64,000 nucleotides of DNA, from NCBI GenBank assembly GCA_024638225.1, contig JAHEKR010000008.1, positions 17,474 through 81,473 on the forward strand, in the 5' to 3' direction. The notes beneath the pieces were generated by a model, which saw only the letters and a list, made by a program, of their open reading frames with translations, had not been told where the DNA came from and made no database searches. Made by a program: the position numbers and the translations under genes. This document shows positions 1 through 8,750 of this stretch, piece after piece. This DNA is from Flavobacteriaceae bacterium (GTDB taxonomy: Bacteria > Bacteroidota > Bacteroidia > Flavobacteriales > Flavobacteriaceae). Within the stretch, counting starts at the first letter, position 1, and each line of letters begins with the position of its first letter.

Positions 1-479
1 GTTAGTTCTAGTTTTAGTTTTTGCGATGTTTCTGTATTGTGCTTTAGATGAAAAAATCTAGCAGCACCAAGACTGACCGAGGCAATTACCGGATTTACAC
101 CTAACTCTTTTTCGTTATCTGCATGCCAGCCGTTGCTGTCTTGGCCATCCCGATATAGATTTAACAACACCGTTGTGAATGTTTCATCTGTGTAGGCTCT
201 AAGCTTTTGCTCAAGATTCAACAAGGATTTGCTCATGGGGTTGGGTTGCATTACAATGCCAGAGTAGCCATACGGTTCTGTGGTATGACCGTGCAGCGAT
301 GTCATGCGGGGCTGTGGGTAAGTCTTTCCAAATACGGTTATCGGATCATTGCGCCAAGGCGTTTCGTTTTTCAACACTTCAAAAAGTCTATCAGCTTCTT
401 GTGGTTTAAGAAAATGGGGATAATATTTTATAGTAGCGTCTGGAAGTTCAGGCACAAAAGCGTCAAATAGCTCAAGCAT
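1..479 (-). CDS. AlkB-like Fe(II)/2-oxoglutarate-dependent dioxygenase, N-terminal part only (gene runs off the left edge)
   Basis: Not in the ORF track because it is open at the window edge. Hand translation of the minus strand from ATG 479-477 gives MLELFDAFVPELPDATIKYYPHFLKPQEADRLFEVLKNETPWRNDPITVFGKTYPQPRMTSLHG...LLNLYRDGQDSNGWHADNEKELG. NLYRDGxDxxxWHxD is the AlkB iron-binding HxD region. The listed 207..470 + ORF is antisense to it. Confidence 0.75.
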   Translation of the reverse strand, partial: MLELFDAFVPELPDATIKYYPHFLKPQEADRLFEVLKNETPWRNDPITVFGKTYPQPRMTSLHGHTTEPYGYSGIVMQPNPMSKSLLNLEQKLRAYTDETFTTVLLNLYRDGQDSNGWHADNEKELGVNPVIASVSLGAARFFHLKHNTETSQKLKLEL

Positions 480-807
480 TATTTTTGCGTTTATGGTTCC
501 GCTTTTTGATGGTTTCCTGTCTGTAATGCCAAAACAGCGTATTGACAAACCCCAGAATAAACGATACGCCAATGATGATGTAGCCCATGGTAAATAATTT
601 TCCTAAATCGGTTTTGGGTGAAAAATCCCCGTAGCCAATAGTGGTGAGGGTGATCACAGAAAAATAAAGGGAGTCTAGCCAGGACCAGTCTTCCAAAAAT
701 CGATAGGCTACTGTTCCAATGGCTAGAAAAAAATTGGTTGCAAAAAGTAAACTGCGGTAGGCCGGGTCGCGCCAGAACGAAATGAGTGTACGCCAGAAAA
801 AGAGCAT
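472..807 (-). CDS. Minimal two-TM potassium channel (ion transport 2 family)
   Basis: Carries the K+ selectivity filter TTIGYGDF flanked by two hydrophobic helices. The track start at 849 lies inside the loop of the htpG terminator hairpin (838-868). The internal ATG at 807 (MLFFWRTLISFW...) is the plausible start, giving 111 aa. Confidence 0.8.
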   Translation of the reverse strand: MLFFWRTLISFWRDPAYRSLLFATNFFLAIGTVAYRFLEDWSWLDSLYFSVITLTTIGYGDFSPKTDLGKLFTMGYIIIGVSFILGFVNTLFWHYRQETIKKRNHKRKNNA

Positions 808-837
808 GGTAGGTATGTTTTTATGTGAAAATAACAA

Positions 838-868
838 AAAATCCCTCAACTAAAAAGCGAGGGATTTT
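838..868 (-). terminator. Rho-independent terminator downstream of htpG
   Basis: 10-bp perfect stem aaaatccctc / gagggatttt with an 11-nt loop. On the minus strand it is followed by a T-rich run (ttgttatttt). It lies 58 nt after the htpG stop. Confidence 0.7.
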
Positions 869-925
869 ATGCATTGACATTGGACAAAGGTTAGTGTACC
901 GAGTTTTTTGAACTGTCCGTTGGGC

Positions 926-2806
926 TTATTTTATCATCTCAAAACTCCGTTGGATAAAAGCCGTAAGCTCCTCTCCTTTAAGTAAGGACTGGGATAAGCG
1001 CGCCAAATCTAAGGATTGCTTAATCAGGCGTTCTTGCTTCTTCTTGGTTTTGGTTTCCAAAATCTGGCTTACCAAAGGGTGATTTACATTCACCACAAGC
1101 TGGTACATATCGGGGAACCCTCCTCCAAACATACCGCCACCGCCACCACTTTGCTGCATTTCTTTCATACGGCGCATAAACTCCGGCTGCGTGATGATAA
1201 ACGGTGCTGCTTCGCTGTCCATTGCTTCTAGTTGAACCGTGTACTGCTCTTTCGGCACCACGTTTTCAATCATCGGCTTTAACGCTTCTTTTTGCTCGTC
1301 ACTGAGTTTTGATGGTTGCGGTTCATCTTTTGTAATCAACTTATCGATGTGGTCGCTGTCTACACGAACAAAACTAAGTTTGTCATCTTCTTGCTCTAGT
1401 TTTTGCAATAGATGTCCTACGATGGGTGAGTCTAGCAACAGTACCGTATAGCCTTTTGCTTTTGCGGCTTCTATATAGGCGTGTTGCTCGTCTACATTAG
1501 CAGCATAGAGTTGAATTAGCTTGTCGTCTTTGTCGGTCTGTGCGTCTTTGGTTTGCTCTTTGAGCTCTTCAAGTGTCAAGTAAGCACCATCGGTAGTTGG
1601 GAATAAATGGAACTTCTGCGCTTTCTCAAAAAACTTATCTTCAGAAAGCATTCCGTATTCGATAACTACTTTGATGTCATTCCATTTTTCCTCCAGATTT
1701 TTGCGGTCTTTTTTAAAGATGGATTGCAGTTTATCCGCAACCTTTTTGGTGATGTAGTTGCTGATTTTTTTTACGGCTCCGTCTGCCTGAAGGTAACTTC
1801 TGGACACATTTAGTGGAATATCTGGAGAGTCGATCACTCCGCGAAGCATGGTCAAGAACTCGGGTACAATTCCTTCAACGTTATCGGTGACAAATACCTG
1901 ATTTTGATAAAGCTGTATGCGATCTTTTTGAATATTCAAATCATTGTTCAGCTTTGGGAAATACAAGATACCCGTCAGGTTAAATGGATAATCAACGTTT
2001 AAGTGAATATTGAATAGAGGCTCCTCAAACTGCATGGGATAGAGCTCCCTATAAAAAGCAGAATAGTCTTCATCGTTTAAGTCGCTCGGCTTTTTTGTCC
2101 ATGCGGGAGAGGGATTATTGATGATATTATCTACTGTTTCTTTAATTTCTTTTTTGTCATCACCTTCGCCTTCCTCACGTGTTTCTTCCTTGGTTCCAAA
2201 CTTAATTGGAATAGGCATGAACTTGTTGTATTTGGTCAACAGCTCTTGAATACGACTTTCTTCTAAAAACTCGTCGGATTCACTATCGATATGCAAAATG
2301 ATTTCTGTACCTCTTTCCTCTTTATCGTGTTTGACTAAAGTGTATTGGGGTGAACCATCGCAGCTCCAATGTGCAGCAGGTGCATCTGTGTGCGATTTGG
2401 TAATAATTTCCACCTTTTCGGCAACCATAAAAGCAGAGTAAAAACCAAGGCCAAAGTGCCCAATGATTCCGCTATCCTTGGCGCTATCTTTATATTGATT
2501 GATAAATTCTTCCGCTCCAGAAAAGGCAACTTCATTGATGTATTTGCCCACTTCCTCAGCTGTCATTCCCAATCCCTGATCCATGACGTGAAGGGTTCTT
2601 TCGTCTTTATTAATCTTAATTTCAATAATTGGTTGTCCGTAATCTGTTTTGGATTCACCAATATTTGTCAGGTGTTTAAGTTTTAAAGTGGCATCCGTGG
2701 CGTTTGAAACCAGTTCGCGTAAGAAAATTTCGTGGTCGCTGTAAAGAAATTTCTTGATTAAAGGGAAGATGTTTTCTACTGCGACGTTAATTTTACCAGT
2801 ACTCAT
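926..2806 (-). CDS. htpG: Molecular chaperone HtpG (Hsp90 family)
   Basis: 626 aa. GHKL ATPase motifs ELVSNATDA and GHFGLGFYSAFMVA. Full-length Hsp90 architecture. Confidence 0.95.
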   Translation of the reverse strand: MSTGKINVAVENIFPLIKKFLYSDHEIFLRELVSNATDATLKLKHLTNIGESKTDYGQPIIEIKINKDERTLHVMDQGLGMTAEEVGKYINEVAFSGAEEFINQYKDSAKDSGIIGHFGLGFYSAFMVAEKVEIITKSHTDAPAAHWSCDGSPQYTLVKHDKEERGTEIILHIDSESDEFLEESRIQELLTKYNKFMPIPIKFGTKEETREEGEGDDKKEIKETVDNIINNPSPAWTKKPSDLNDEDYSAFYRELYPMQFEEPLFNIHLNVDYPFNLTGILYFPKLNNDLNIQKDRIQLYQNQVFVTDNVEGIVPEFLTMLRGVIDSPDIPLNVSRSYLQADGAVKKISNYITKKVADKLQSIFKKDRKNLEEKWNDIKVVIEYGMLSEDKFFEKAQKFHLFPTTDGAYLTLEELKEQTKDAQTDKDDKLIQLYAANVDEQHAYIEAAKAKGYTVLLLDSPIVGHLLQKLEQEDDKLSFVRVDSDHIDKLITKDEPQPSKLSDEQKEALKPMIENVVPKEQYTVQLEAMDSEAAPFIITQPEFMRRMKEMQQSGGGGGMFGGGFPDMYQLVVNVNHPLVSQILETKTKKKQERLIKQSLDLARLSQSLLKGEELTAFIQRSFEMIK

Positions 2807-2894
2807 GTGTTGTTTTTTTTCTTACAAGACCAAATAAGATACCAAACTATGACAACTGACATGATGGCACAGCAAAAATATTTTGTTTAATCGT

Positions 2895-2925
2895 TTTGTT
2901 TTTTTGTTAAACATTTTTATATTTG
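2895..2925 (+). promoter_or_regulatory. Candidate Bacteroidota sigmaA promoter (TTTG-N19-TAtaTTTG) pointing into an ORF-poor region
   Basis: TTTG at 2895-2898, a 19-nt spacer, then tatatttg at 2918-2925. This matches the published -33/-7 consensus TTTG / TAnnTTTG. Confidence 0.45.
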
Positions 2926-3031
2926 TGGAGTAATCAGTAAACAAAAATTTTTGGAGAGAATTGCTATGAAAAGTCTCAATTGATTACAACACTCCTTATT
3001 ATTGGTTTGTTTAATTTTGGTTAAGTTGTTT

Positions 3032-3067
3032 GAAGGTGCATCGTGGTTGTTGCACCTTCTTTTTTTA
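3032..3067 (+). terminator. Strong rho-independent terminator with no upstream + strand gene
   Basis: 9-bp stem gaaggtgca (3032-3040) / tgcaccttc (3051-3059), 10-nt loop, then T7 (3060-3066). The complementary strand has no T tract, so it acts on the + strand. Confidence 0.7.
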
Positions 3068-3116
3068 CTTTTAGATGCCATTATTATTTTGTTTCTTGTA
3101 AAAAAAATAGCCAAGT

Positions 3117-4124
3117 ATGTATCGTTCTCGTATAATTGGACTGGGTCATTTTGTGCCTGATAATGTAGTAACTAATGATGATTTATCAACTTTGATGGAT
3201 ACGGATGATGCTTGGATTACCGAGCGGACAGGTATCAAGGAGCGTCGTTTAATCAAAAAGGGTTCGGGTGAGGGCACAACAAGCATGGGAGTAAAAGCCG
3301 CCCAAATGGCACTAGAACGCGCTAATGTTTCCAAAGATGATATTGAACTGATTATTTTTGCCACATTAAGTCCTGATTTATACTTTCCAGGTTCTGGAGT
3401 CTTATTGCAGGATCAAATGGGTATGGGTACCTGTCCAGCACTTGATATTCGAAATCAGTGTTCAGGATTTGTATACGGACTTTCTGTCGCCGATCAGTTT
3501 ATCAAAACAGGGATGTATAAAAACGTACTACTGGTTGGCTCCGAGTACCATTCTGGAGGTATGGATTTTACAACCCGTGGACGTACCGTTTCAGTAATCT
3601 TTGGCGATGGTGCAGGTGCTGCCATATTGACTCGTGAAACTGATGCAACCAAGGGAATTCAGTCAACACATTTGTATTCCGAGGGGAAATATGCCGAGGA
3701 GTTAGCAATTTTGGGCCCAAGCACACAGCGTTGGATTCCAGAAATTGTCGCTGACTACGATGAAGACGATATGCGTTACCATCCCTACATGAATGGTCAA
3801 CTTGTGTTTAAAAATGCGGTTGTCCGTTTTAGTGAAGTAATTAAAGAAGCCTTGCACAAGAATAACAAAACAGCTGAAGATATAGACTTGTTTATCCCGC
3901 ATCAAGCTAATTTGCGTATTGCCCAATTTGTACAAAAGAAATTTGGTCTAGCTGACAATCAAGTGTACAACAACATTATGCGTTACGGGAACACCACGGC
4001 AGCATCAATTCCCATTGCCATGTCAGAGGCATGGGCAGAAGGGAAAATAAAAAAAGACGACACCATCTTACTCGCCGCTTTTGGAAGTGGATTCACCTGG
4101 GGAAGTGCGTTGATACACTGGTAA
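3117..4124 (+). CDS. fabH: 3-oxoacyl-ACP synthase III (FabH)
   Basis: 335 aa. Catalytic triad contexts CSGFVYGL, HQANLRI and GNTTAASIP. Confidence 0.9.
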   Translation: MYRSRIIGLGHFVPDNVVTNDDLSTLMDTDDAWITERTGIKERRLIKKGSGEGTTSMGVKAAQMALERANVSKDDIELIIFATLSPDLYFPGSGVLLQDQMGMGTCPALDIRNQCSGFVYGLSVADQFIKTGMYKNVLLVGSEYHSGGMDFTTRGRTVSVIFGDGAGAAILTRETDATKGIQSTHLYSEGKYAEELAILGPSTQRWIPEIVADYDEDDMRYHPYMNGQLVFKNAVVRFSEVIKEALHKNNKTAEDIDLFIPHQANLRIAQFVQKKFGLADNQVYNNIMRYGNTTAASIPIAMSEAWAEGKIKKDDTILLAAFGSGFTWGSALIHW

Positions 4125-5552
4125 TCCAATCCCAGAAAGGTGCAGCATAAGCAAGGTTAGAAAGCCGTTTAGGGCTAAAACTAAAAAGCCGAAATCAAAA
4201 CCATACATATCCTTTGCGCCCAAAACAATTAAATAACTAAACACAGGAGTTAAAATACAGATGGATGGAACCCAACTATCCCTAACCTTTCTTTTGGTAT
4301 ATATTCCCATTAAAAACAGTCCAAGAAGTGGACCGTAGGTATATCCTGCAAAAAGCAATAGCTGTTTGATGACGCTTTCGTCTTTTATAAAATAATAAAA
4401 AGTCACTATACACAGCCATAAGACAAGGGCTGTACTGATGTGAATCTTTTTGCGTTGCTTAATTCCATTCGCTCCCTTTTCTATACGCCATAAGTCGATG
4501 CTAATGCTGGTAGTCAACGAAGTAAGTGAGCTATCTGCACTGCTAAAGGCAGCAGCTATAAGCCCCAAAACAAAGGCAGCAGTCAAAACTGTACCCAAGC
4601 CCGATTTTGTCGCGACCACGCCAAACAAATAATCCCCTGTTGCATGTAGTCCATGCGTACTACTGTATGCAGTCAGTAATACGCCGAGAACTAAAAATGA
4701 GATGGTAACCAAGATTAATGCTAATGTAAACCAAAGCATATTTTTTTGGGCTTCTTTTAACGATCGACAGCTCAAATTTTTTTGCATCATTTCTTGATCT
4801 AACCCAGTCATGGCAAATGCGATAAATACACCACCAAAAAATTGTTTTACAAAATGTTGACTGCTGTTCCAATCATCCCAAAAAAACACTTGTGTATTGG
4901 GTTGCTGCTGCCACCAAGTCAGCAATGTTGAAGAGTCGATACGGAGGCTGTTTCCAATAATATATATAGCTATCCCTAGCGATAAAAGCATGCATACTGT
5001 TTGTAGCGTATCGGTGTAAATAATGGTTTTAATTCCTGTTTTTTGGGTGTAAAGCCAGATGCTAAAAAGGGCAACTGCTGCACTGAGCCAAAAGGGAAAC
5101 TCTAGAGCATCAAGAGCAATCCAGTGAATAACTTTTAAAACCAAAAACAAGCGAAAACTGGTACCTGCAAGTCGTGAAATGACAAAGAACCAAGCAGCTG
5201 TCTTGTGCGATGCGTTGCCAAAACGTTCGCCAATATAGGTGTAGATACTAACTAAATTCTTTTTATAGTACAAGGGCAATAAAACGGAGGCTATAAAAAA
5301 ATAACCAAGTCCATAGCCCAAAACCATTTGTACGTAACTCAGCTGTGTATGCTGAACCCATCCAGGAACCGATATATAGGTTACCCCAGAAAGGGTTGCA
5401 CCAATCATTCCAAAAGCAACCAAATACCATGGTGCTTTATTTCCTGCCCTAAAAAAAGTAGCATTTGATTTGCTTTTAGCAAGGAGTTGGGATATGGTAA
5501 ATAATATCCCTAAATAAAGAAATAAAGCTGTTGCGAGCGTAAACGCACCCAT
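4068..5552 (-). CDS. Sodium:solute symporter family transporter
   Basis: 494 aa with about 13 hydrophobic segments and an SSF-like N-terminal region (FFRAGNKAPWYLVAFGMIGATLSGVTYISVPG). Its 3' end overlaps the fabH 3' end by 57 nt. Confidence 0.75.
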   Translation of the reverse strand: MGAFTLATALFLYLGILFTISQLLAKSKSNATFFRAGNKAPWYLVAFGMIGATLSGVTYISVPGWVQHTQLSYVQMVLGYGLGYFFIASVLLPLYYKKNLVSIYTYIGERFGNASHKTAAWFFVISRLAGTSFRLFLVLKVIHWIALDALEFPFWLSAAVALFSIWLYTQKTGIKTIIYTDTLQTVCMLLSLGIAIYIIGNSLRIDSSTLLTWWQQQPNTQVFFWDDWNSSQHFVKQFFGGVFIAFAMTGLDQEMMQKNLSCRSLKEAQKNMLWFTLALILVTISFLVLGVLLTAYSSTHGLHATGDYLFGVVATKSGLGTVLTAAFVLGLIAAAFSSADSSLTSLTTSISIDLWRIEKGANGIKQRKKIHISTALVLWLCIVTFYYFIKDESVIKQLLLFAGYTYGPLLGLFLMGIYTKRKVRDSWVPSICILTPVFSYLIVLGAKDMYGFDFGFLVLALNGFLTLLMLHLSGIGLPVYQRTSPGESTSKSGE

Positions 5553-5611
5553 ACTTTTTTTGGTAAATATAGAGCGGATGTATCATTTAGTGAAATAATG
5601 TATTTTTGAGC

Positions 5612-6232
5612 ATGGATTTTCCATCTTCATTAGTGCAAAAAGCAGTTGAAGAAATTGCACAACTCCCAGGAATAGGTCGGCGCTCTGCTATGCGCTTGGT
5701 GCTACACTTGCTTCGGCAACCTAAAGATTTCAGCGAACGTCTTTCAGGAGCTATTGCAACATTACGCGCGCAGATACGTTATTGCACTACCTGCCACAAT
5801 ATTTCCGATACGGAGCAATGCAGTATTTGCGCCAATCCATTGCGCGACAAGCGCATTATATGTGTGGTAGAAGATGTTCGTGATGTTATGGCAGTAGAAG
5901 CAACTGGTCAATTTAGAGGAGTATATCATGTTCTAGGTGGCAAGATTGCACCAATGGAAGGAATTGGGCCAAATGATTTAACTATCGATGCCCTTTTGAA
6001 TCGGGTTGAAGAACAAGATGTTCACGAAATTATTTTTGCGCTGGGAAGCACTATGGAAGGAGATACGACCAACTATTATATATTCAAAAAGCTAGAAAAG
6101 TATTCGCTCACTTTTTCTGCTATTTCTAGAGGAATCGGCGTAGGAGATGAATTGGAATACGCAGATGAGCTTACCTTGGGCCGTAGTATTAGCCAGCGAA
6201 TCCCATTCGAAACTTCTATGAATAATGACTAG
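5612..6232 (+). CDS. recR: Recombination protein RecR
   Basis: HhH region [13 protein letters not shown]4 zinc finger [16 protein letters not shown], and a Toprim region. The track start 5606 is TTG; ATG at 5612 is preferred. Confidence 0.9.
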   Translation: MDFPSSLVQKAVEEIAQLPGIGRRSAMRLVLHLLRQPKDFSERLSGAIATLRAQIRYCTTCHNISDTEQCSICANPLRDKRIICVVEDVRDVMAVEATGQFRGVYHVLGGKIAPMEGIGPNDLTIDALLNRVEEQDVHEIIFALGSTMEGDTTNYYIFKKLEKYSLTFSAISRGIGVGDELEYADELTLGRSISQRIPFETSMNND

Positions 6233-7372
6233 ATGAAACTTTCTGTAGTTATTTTGAATTACAATGTCAAATACTTCATTGATATATGTTTGCAAAGTGT
6301 TTGTGCAGCCGTTGAGGGCTTAGATGCTGAAGTTATTGTGGTTGACAACGCATCTATTGATGGAAGCGTTGCCTGGATTAAACAACAATTCCCTAAAGTA
6401 GTTATTGTCGAAAACAAGCAGAACACCGGTTTTCCCAAGGGGAATAATCTTGGTGTTGCAAAGGCTAAAGGCGACTACATTTGCATACTTAACCCCGATA
6501 CCATTGTTGCAGAAAATACGTTTAAAGATGCTTTGGTATTTATGCAACAGCATCCCAAAGCAGGTATTATGGGCCCAAAGCTATTGGATGGTTCCGGACT
6601 TTTTTTAAAAGAGTCAAAGCGAGGAGTACCCACTCCGTGGGTTGCCTTTACCAAGGTAGCAGGACTTTACAAAATTTCGCCTCAATTGTTTGGACGATAT
6701 TACAATCAACGATTGTCCAAAAATAATTCTGGGCCCACAGACATATTGGTAGGGGCTTTTATGTTTATGGAAGCAGCACATTACAGAGATTTAGAAGGCT
6801 TTGACGAAGATTGTTTTATGTATTCTGATGATATTGATTTAAGTTACCGTTCGCTTCAGATTGGCAAACAAAATTTTTATAACCCAGCCATCAAAGTTGT
6901 CCATTTTAAAGGGGAAAGTACTCCTAAAGATTTTGCCTTTCAAATGATGTTTCGTGAGGCCATGAATTATTTCTATTCCAAACATTTTCATGTATCGAAT
7001 TTTGTAAAGATTTGGATTAAACTAGCTACTTATATCTTTAGTTTATTAAAGCGCATACGTGGTTCTAAAAAGCTTGCTAAAAGGTTTGTGCCAAAACGAT
7101 ATTGGTTAATCTCCAAAGAACTTGATCTTGAAATTGGGGTAAATAAAAACATACCCTTCACACATACCAGAAGTTTATACGGAGTTTTCAAGCATAGAAG
7201 CTCTCGTACAGAATTAATTTTTGATTCCGATACCCTTTCATTTGCCGAAATGATTGACTTTATGGACGCCAACGGCAACTCTTTTTCGTACAAATTTTTA
7301 AGCTCTGACAAGAAACATGCAGTAGGAAGCAATTCGAGTGTAGCCAAGGGCGAAGTACTGGTTATGTACTAG
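6233..7372 (+). CDS. Family 2 glycosyltransferase
   Basis: GT-A motifs VVILNYN, VVDNASIDGS, ILNPD and SDDIDLSYR. 379 aa with an uncharacterised C-terminal extension of about 120 aa. Confidence 0.8.
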   Translation: MKLSVVILNYNVKYFIDICLQSVCAAVEGLDAEVIVVDNASIDGSVAWIKQQFPKVVIVENKQNTGFPKGNNLGVAKAKGDYICILNPDTIVAENTFKDALVFMQQHPKAGIMGPKLLDGSGLFLKESKRGVPTPWVAFTKVAGLYKISPQLFGRYYNQRLSKNNSGPTDILVGAFMFMEAAHYRDLEGFDEDCFMYSDDIDLSYRSLQIGKQNFYNPAIKVVHFKGESTPKDFAFQMMFREAMNYFYSKHFHVSNFVKIWIKLATYIFSLLKRIRGSKKLAKRFVPKRYWLISKELDLEIGVNKNIPFTHTRSLYGVFKHRSSRTELIFDSDTLSFAEMIDFMDANGNSFSYKFLSSDKKHAVGSNSSVAKGEVLVMY

Positions 7373-7413
7373 TGCAAGAAATGATTAATTCGTACTTTTG
7401 AAAAAAAATTAGC

Positions 7414-8748
7414 ATGCCCATCTACAAGCTTGTTTTACCCGCTATGGGAGAAAGTGTTTCCGAAGCGACCATTACGCAATGGTTAAAGAAAGTAGGAGAT
7501 ACTGTTCATGCCGACGAGGCTGTGGTTGAAGTGGCTACAGATAAGGTTGATTCAGAAGTTGCTAGCGAATACGATGGGGTGATCAAAGAGATTTTGCATC
7601 CCGTTAATGCAGTGGTTGCTGTTGAGGCTCCCCTCGTGCTTATCGAAACCGACGTAGAGGTTGCTCAAGACGAAAGTCCAGAGCCTGTTGCTGATGTACC
7701 AGAAGAAGTCGTTGAGGCTGAACCAACTCCAGAAGCTGTTGAAGAACAGCTTACAGCTACGGCAGAAACCTATATGCAACAGGGACAACAAGCACTGGTT
7801 ACACCTTCTCCACAAGTTACCGATGAAGAATCCCGATTTTACTCACCACTTGTAAGAAGCATTGCCCAAAAAGAACGAATTTCTGATGATGAATTGGAAA
7901 CGGTCGTAGGATCAGGAAAAGATGGACGCGTAACCAAGAGCGATATGCTAACGTACATCAAACAGCGCAAAGCAAAACCATTGAAGGTTTTAAAAGCTAC
8001 TCCAACAGCGCCAAAACCAACGCCTGTGCCATCTTCCACCGAAGATCGTATTGTGCCCATGACTCGTATGGAACAAATGATTTCGGAGCACATGACAAAA
8101 AGTTTACAAACTTCTGCACATGTGCAATCGTTTATTGAAATTGATGTCACCAAACTTTGGCGATGGCGCGAAAAAGTAAAAACTGAATTTTTACAACAGC
8201 ACGGCGCAAAACTTACGTTTACACCTATTTTCTTGCAGTTGGTCGCACAACTATTAGCTGAGTTTCCGTTGCTTAATAGTTCTATTGAGGGAACAAATAT
8301 TATCAAGAAAAAAGACATTAATTTGGGTATGGCCACGGCTTTGGCCGACGGAAATCTAATTGTTCCTGTAATCAAGCAGGCCAATACATTAAACCTTGTA
8401 GGTCTGGCGAAAAAGGTGAATGATTTGGCATCCAATGCCAGAAATAATTCACTAAAGCCCGATGATGTTCAAGGTGGTACTTACACGGTTACCAATGTAG
8501 GCATGTTTGGAAGCCTGACGGGAACACCTATTATTAACCAGCCACAAGTGGCCATTTTGGCGTTTGGAGCCATTCGAAAAGTGCCCGCAGTATTGGAAAC
8601 CGAACACGGAGATGTGATTGCTGTGCGGCATCAAATGGTGGTCTCCCATAGCTACGACCACCGAATTGTCAACGGAGCCATGGGCGGTATGTTTTTATTA
8701 CGACTTAAAGAGGCTATCGAGCAATGGGACGAATCCACAAACACTTAA
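7414..8748 (+). CDS. 2-oxoacid dehydrogenase E2 component (dihydrolipoamide acyltransferase)
   Basis: N-terminal lipoyl domain (VEVATDKVDSEV), an acidic Pro/Ala/Glu linker, a peripheral subunit-binding domain (SPLVRSIAQKERISDDEL) and a catalytic domain ending SHSYDHRIVNG. No E1 or E3 genes are adjacent. Confidence 0.85.
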   Translation: MPIYKLVLPAMGESVSEATITQWLKKVGDTVHADEAVVEVATDKVDSEVASEYDGVIKEILHPVNAVVAVEAPLVLIETDVEVAQDESPEPVADVPEEVVEAEPTPEAVEEQLTATAETYMQQGQQALVTPSPQVTDEESRFYSPLVRSIAQKERISDDELETVVGSGKDGRVTKSDMLTYIKQRKAKPLKVLKATPTAPKPTPVPSSTEDRIVPMTRMEQMISEHMTKSLQTSAHVQSFIEIDVTKLWRWREKVKTEFLQQHGAKLTFTPIFLQLVAQLLAEFPLLNSSIEGTNIIKKKDINLGMATALADGNLIVPVIKQANTLNLVGLAKKVNDLASNARNNSLKPDDVQGGTYTVTNVGMFGSLTGTPIINQPQVAILAFGAIRKVPAVLETEHGDVIAVRHQMVVSHSYDHRIVNGAMGGMFLLRLKEAIEQWDESTNT

Positions 8749-8750
8749 CC

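Noticed and set aside
207-470. 87-aa + strand ORF at the left edge
   Set aside because: It is antisense to a clearly recognisable AlkB-like reading frame that starts at 479 on the minus strand.
2857-2870. Shared TGACATGA...TGGCA(C/T) motif upstream of both heat-shock genes (htpG 2857-2870, hsp20 28274-28296) as a common heat-shock operator
   Set aside because: The spacing differs (0 versus 9 nt) and the orientation relative to the two genes is opposite. An 8-mer match between two intergenic regions of this size is expected by chance about half the time.
2917-3114. 65-aa minus-strand ORF in the htpG-fabH intergenic region
   Set aside because: It is AT-rich and low-complexity (K/N/I-rich), and it spans the + strand terminator hairpin and promoter-like DNA. 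It has no motif support. The region is better explained as regulatory or non-coding.
7839-8435. 198-aa minus-strand ORF inside the E2 gene. Similar long antisense ORFs occur at 41524..42117 (197 aa) and 46133..46699 (188 aa).
   Set aside because: Each lies entirely antisense to a gene with unambiguous family motifs. Their translations are low-complexity (Ser/Phe/Cys-rich) with no recognisable domains. This is typical of shadow ORFs.
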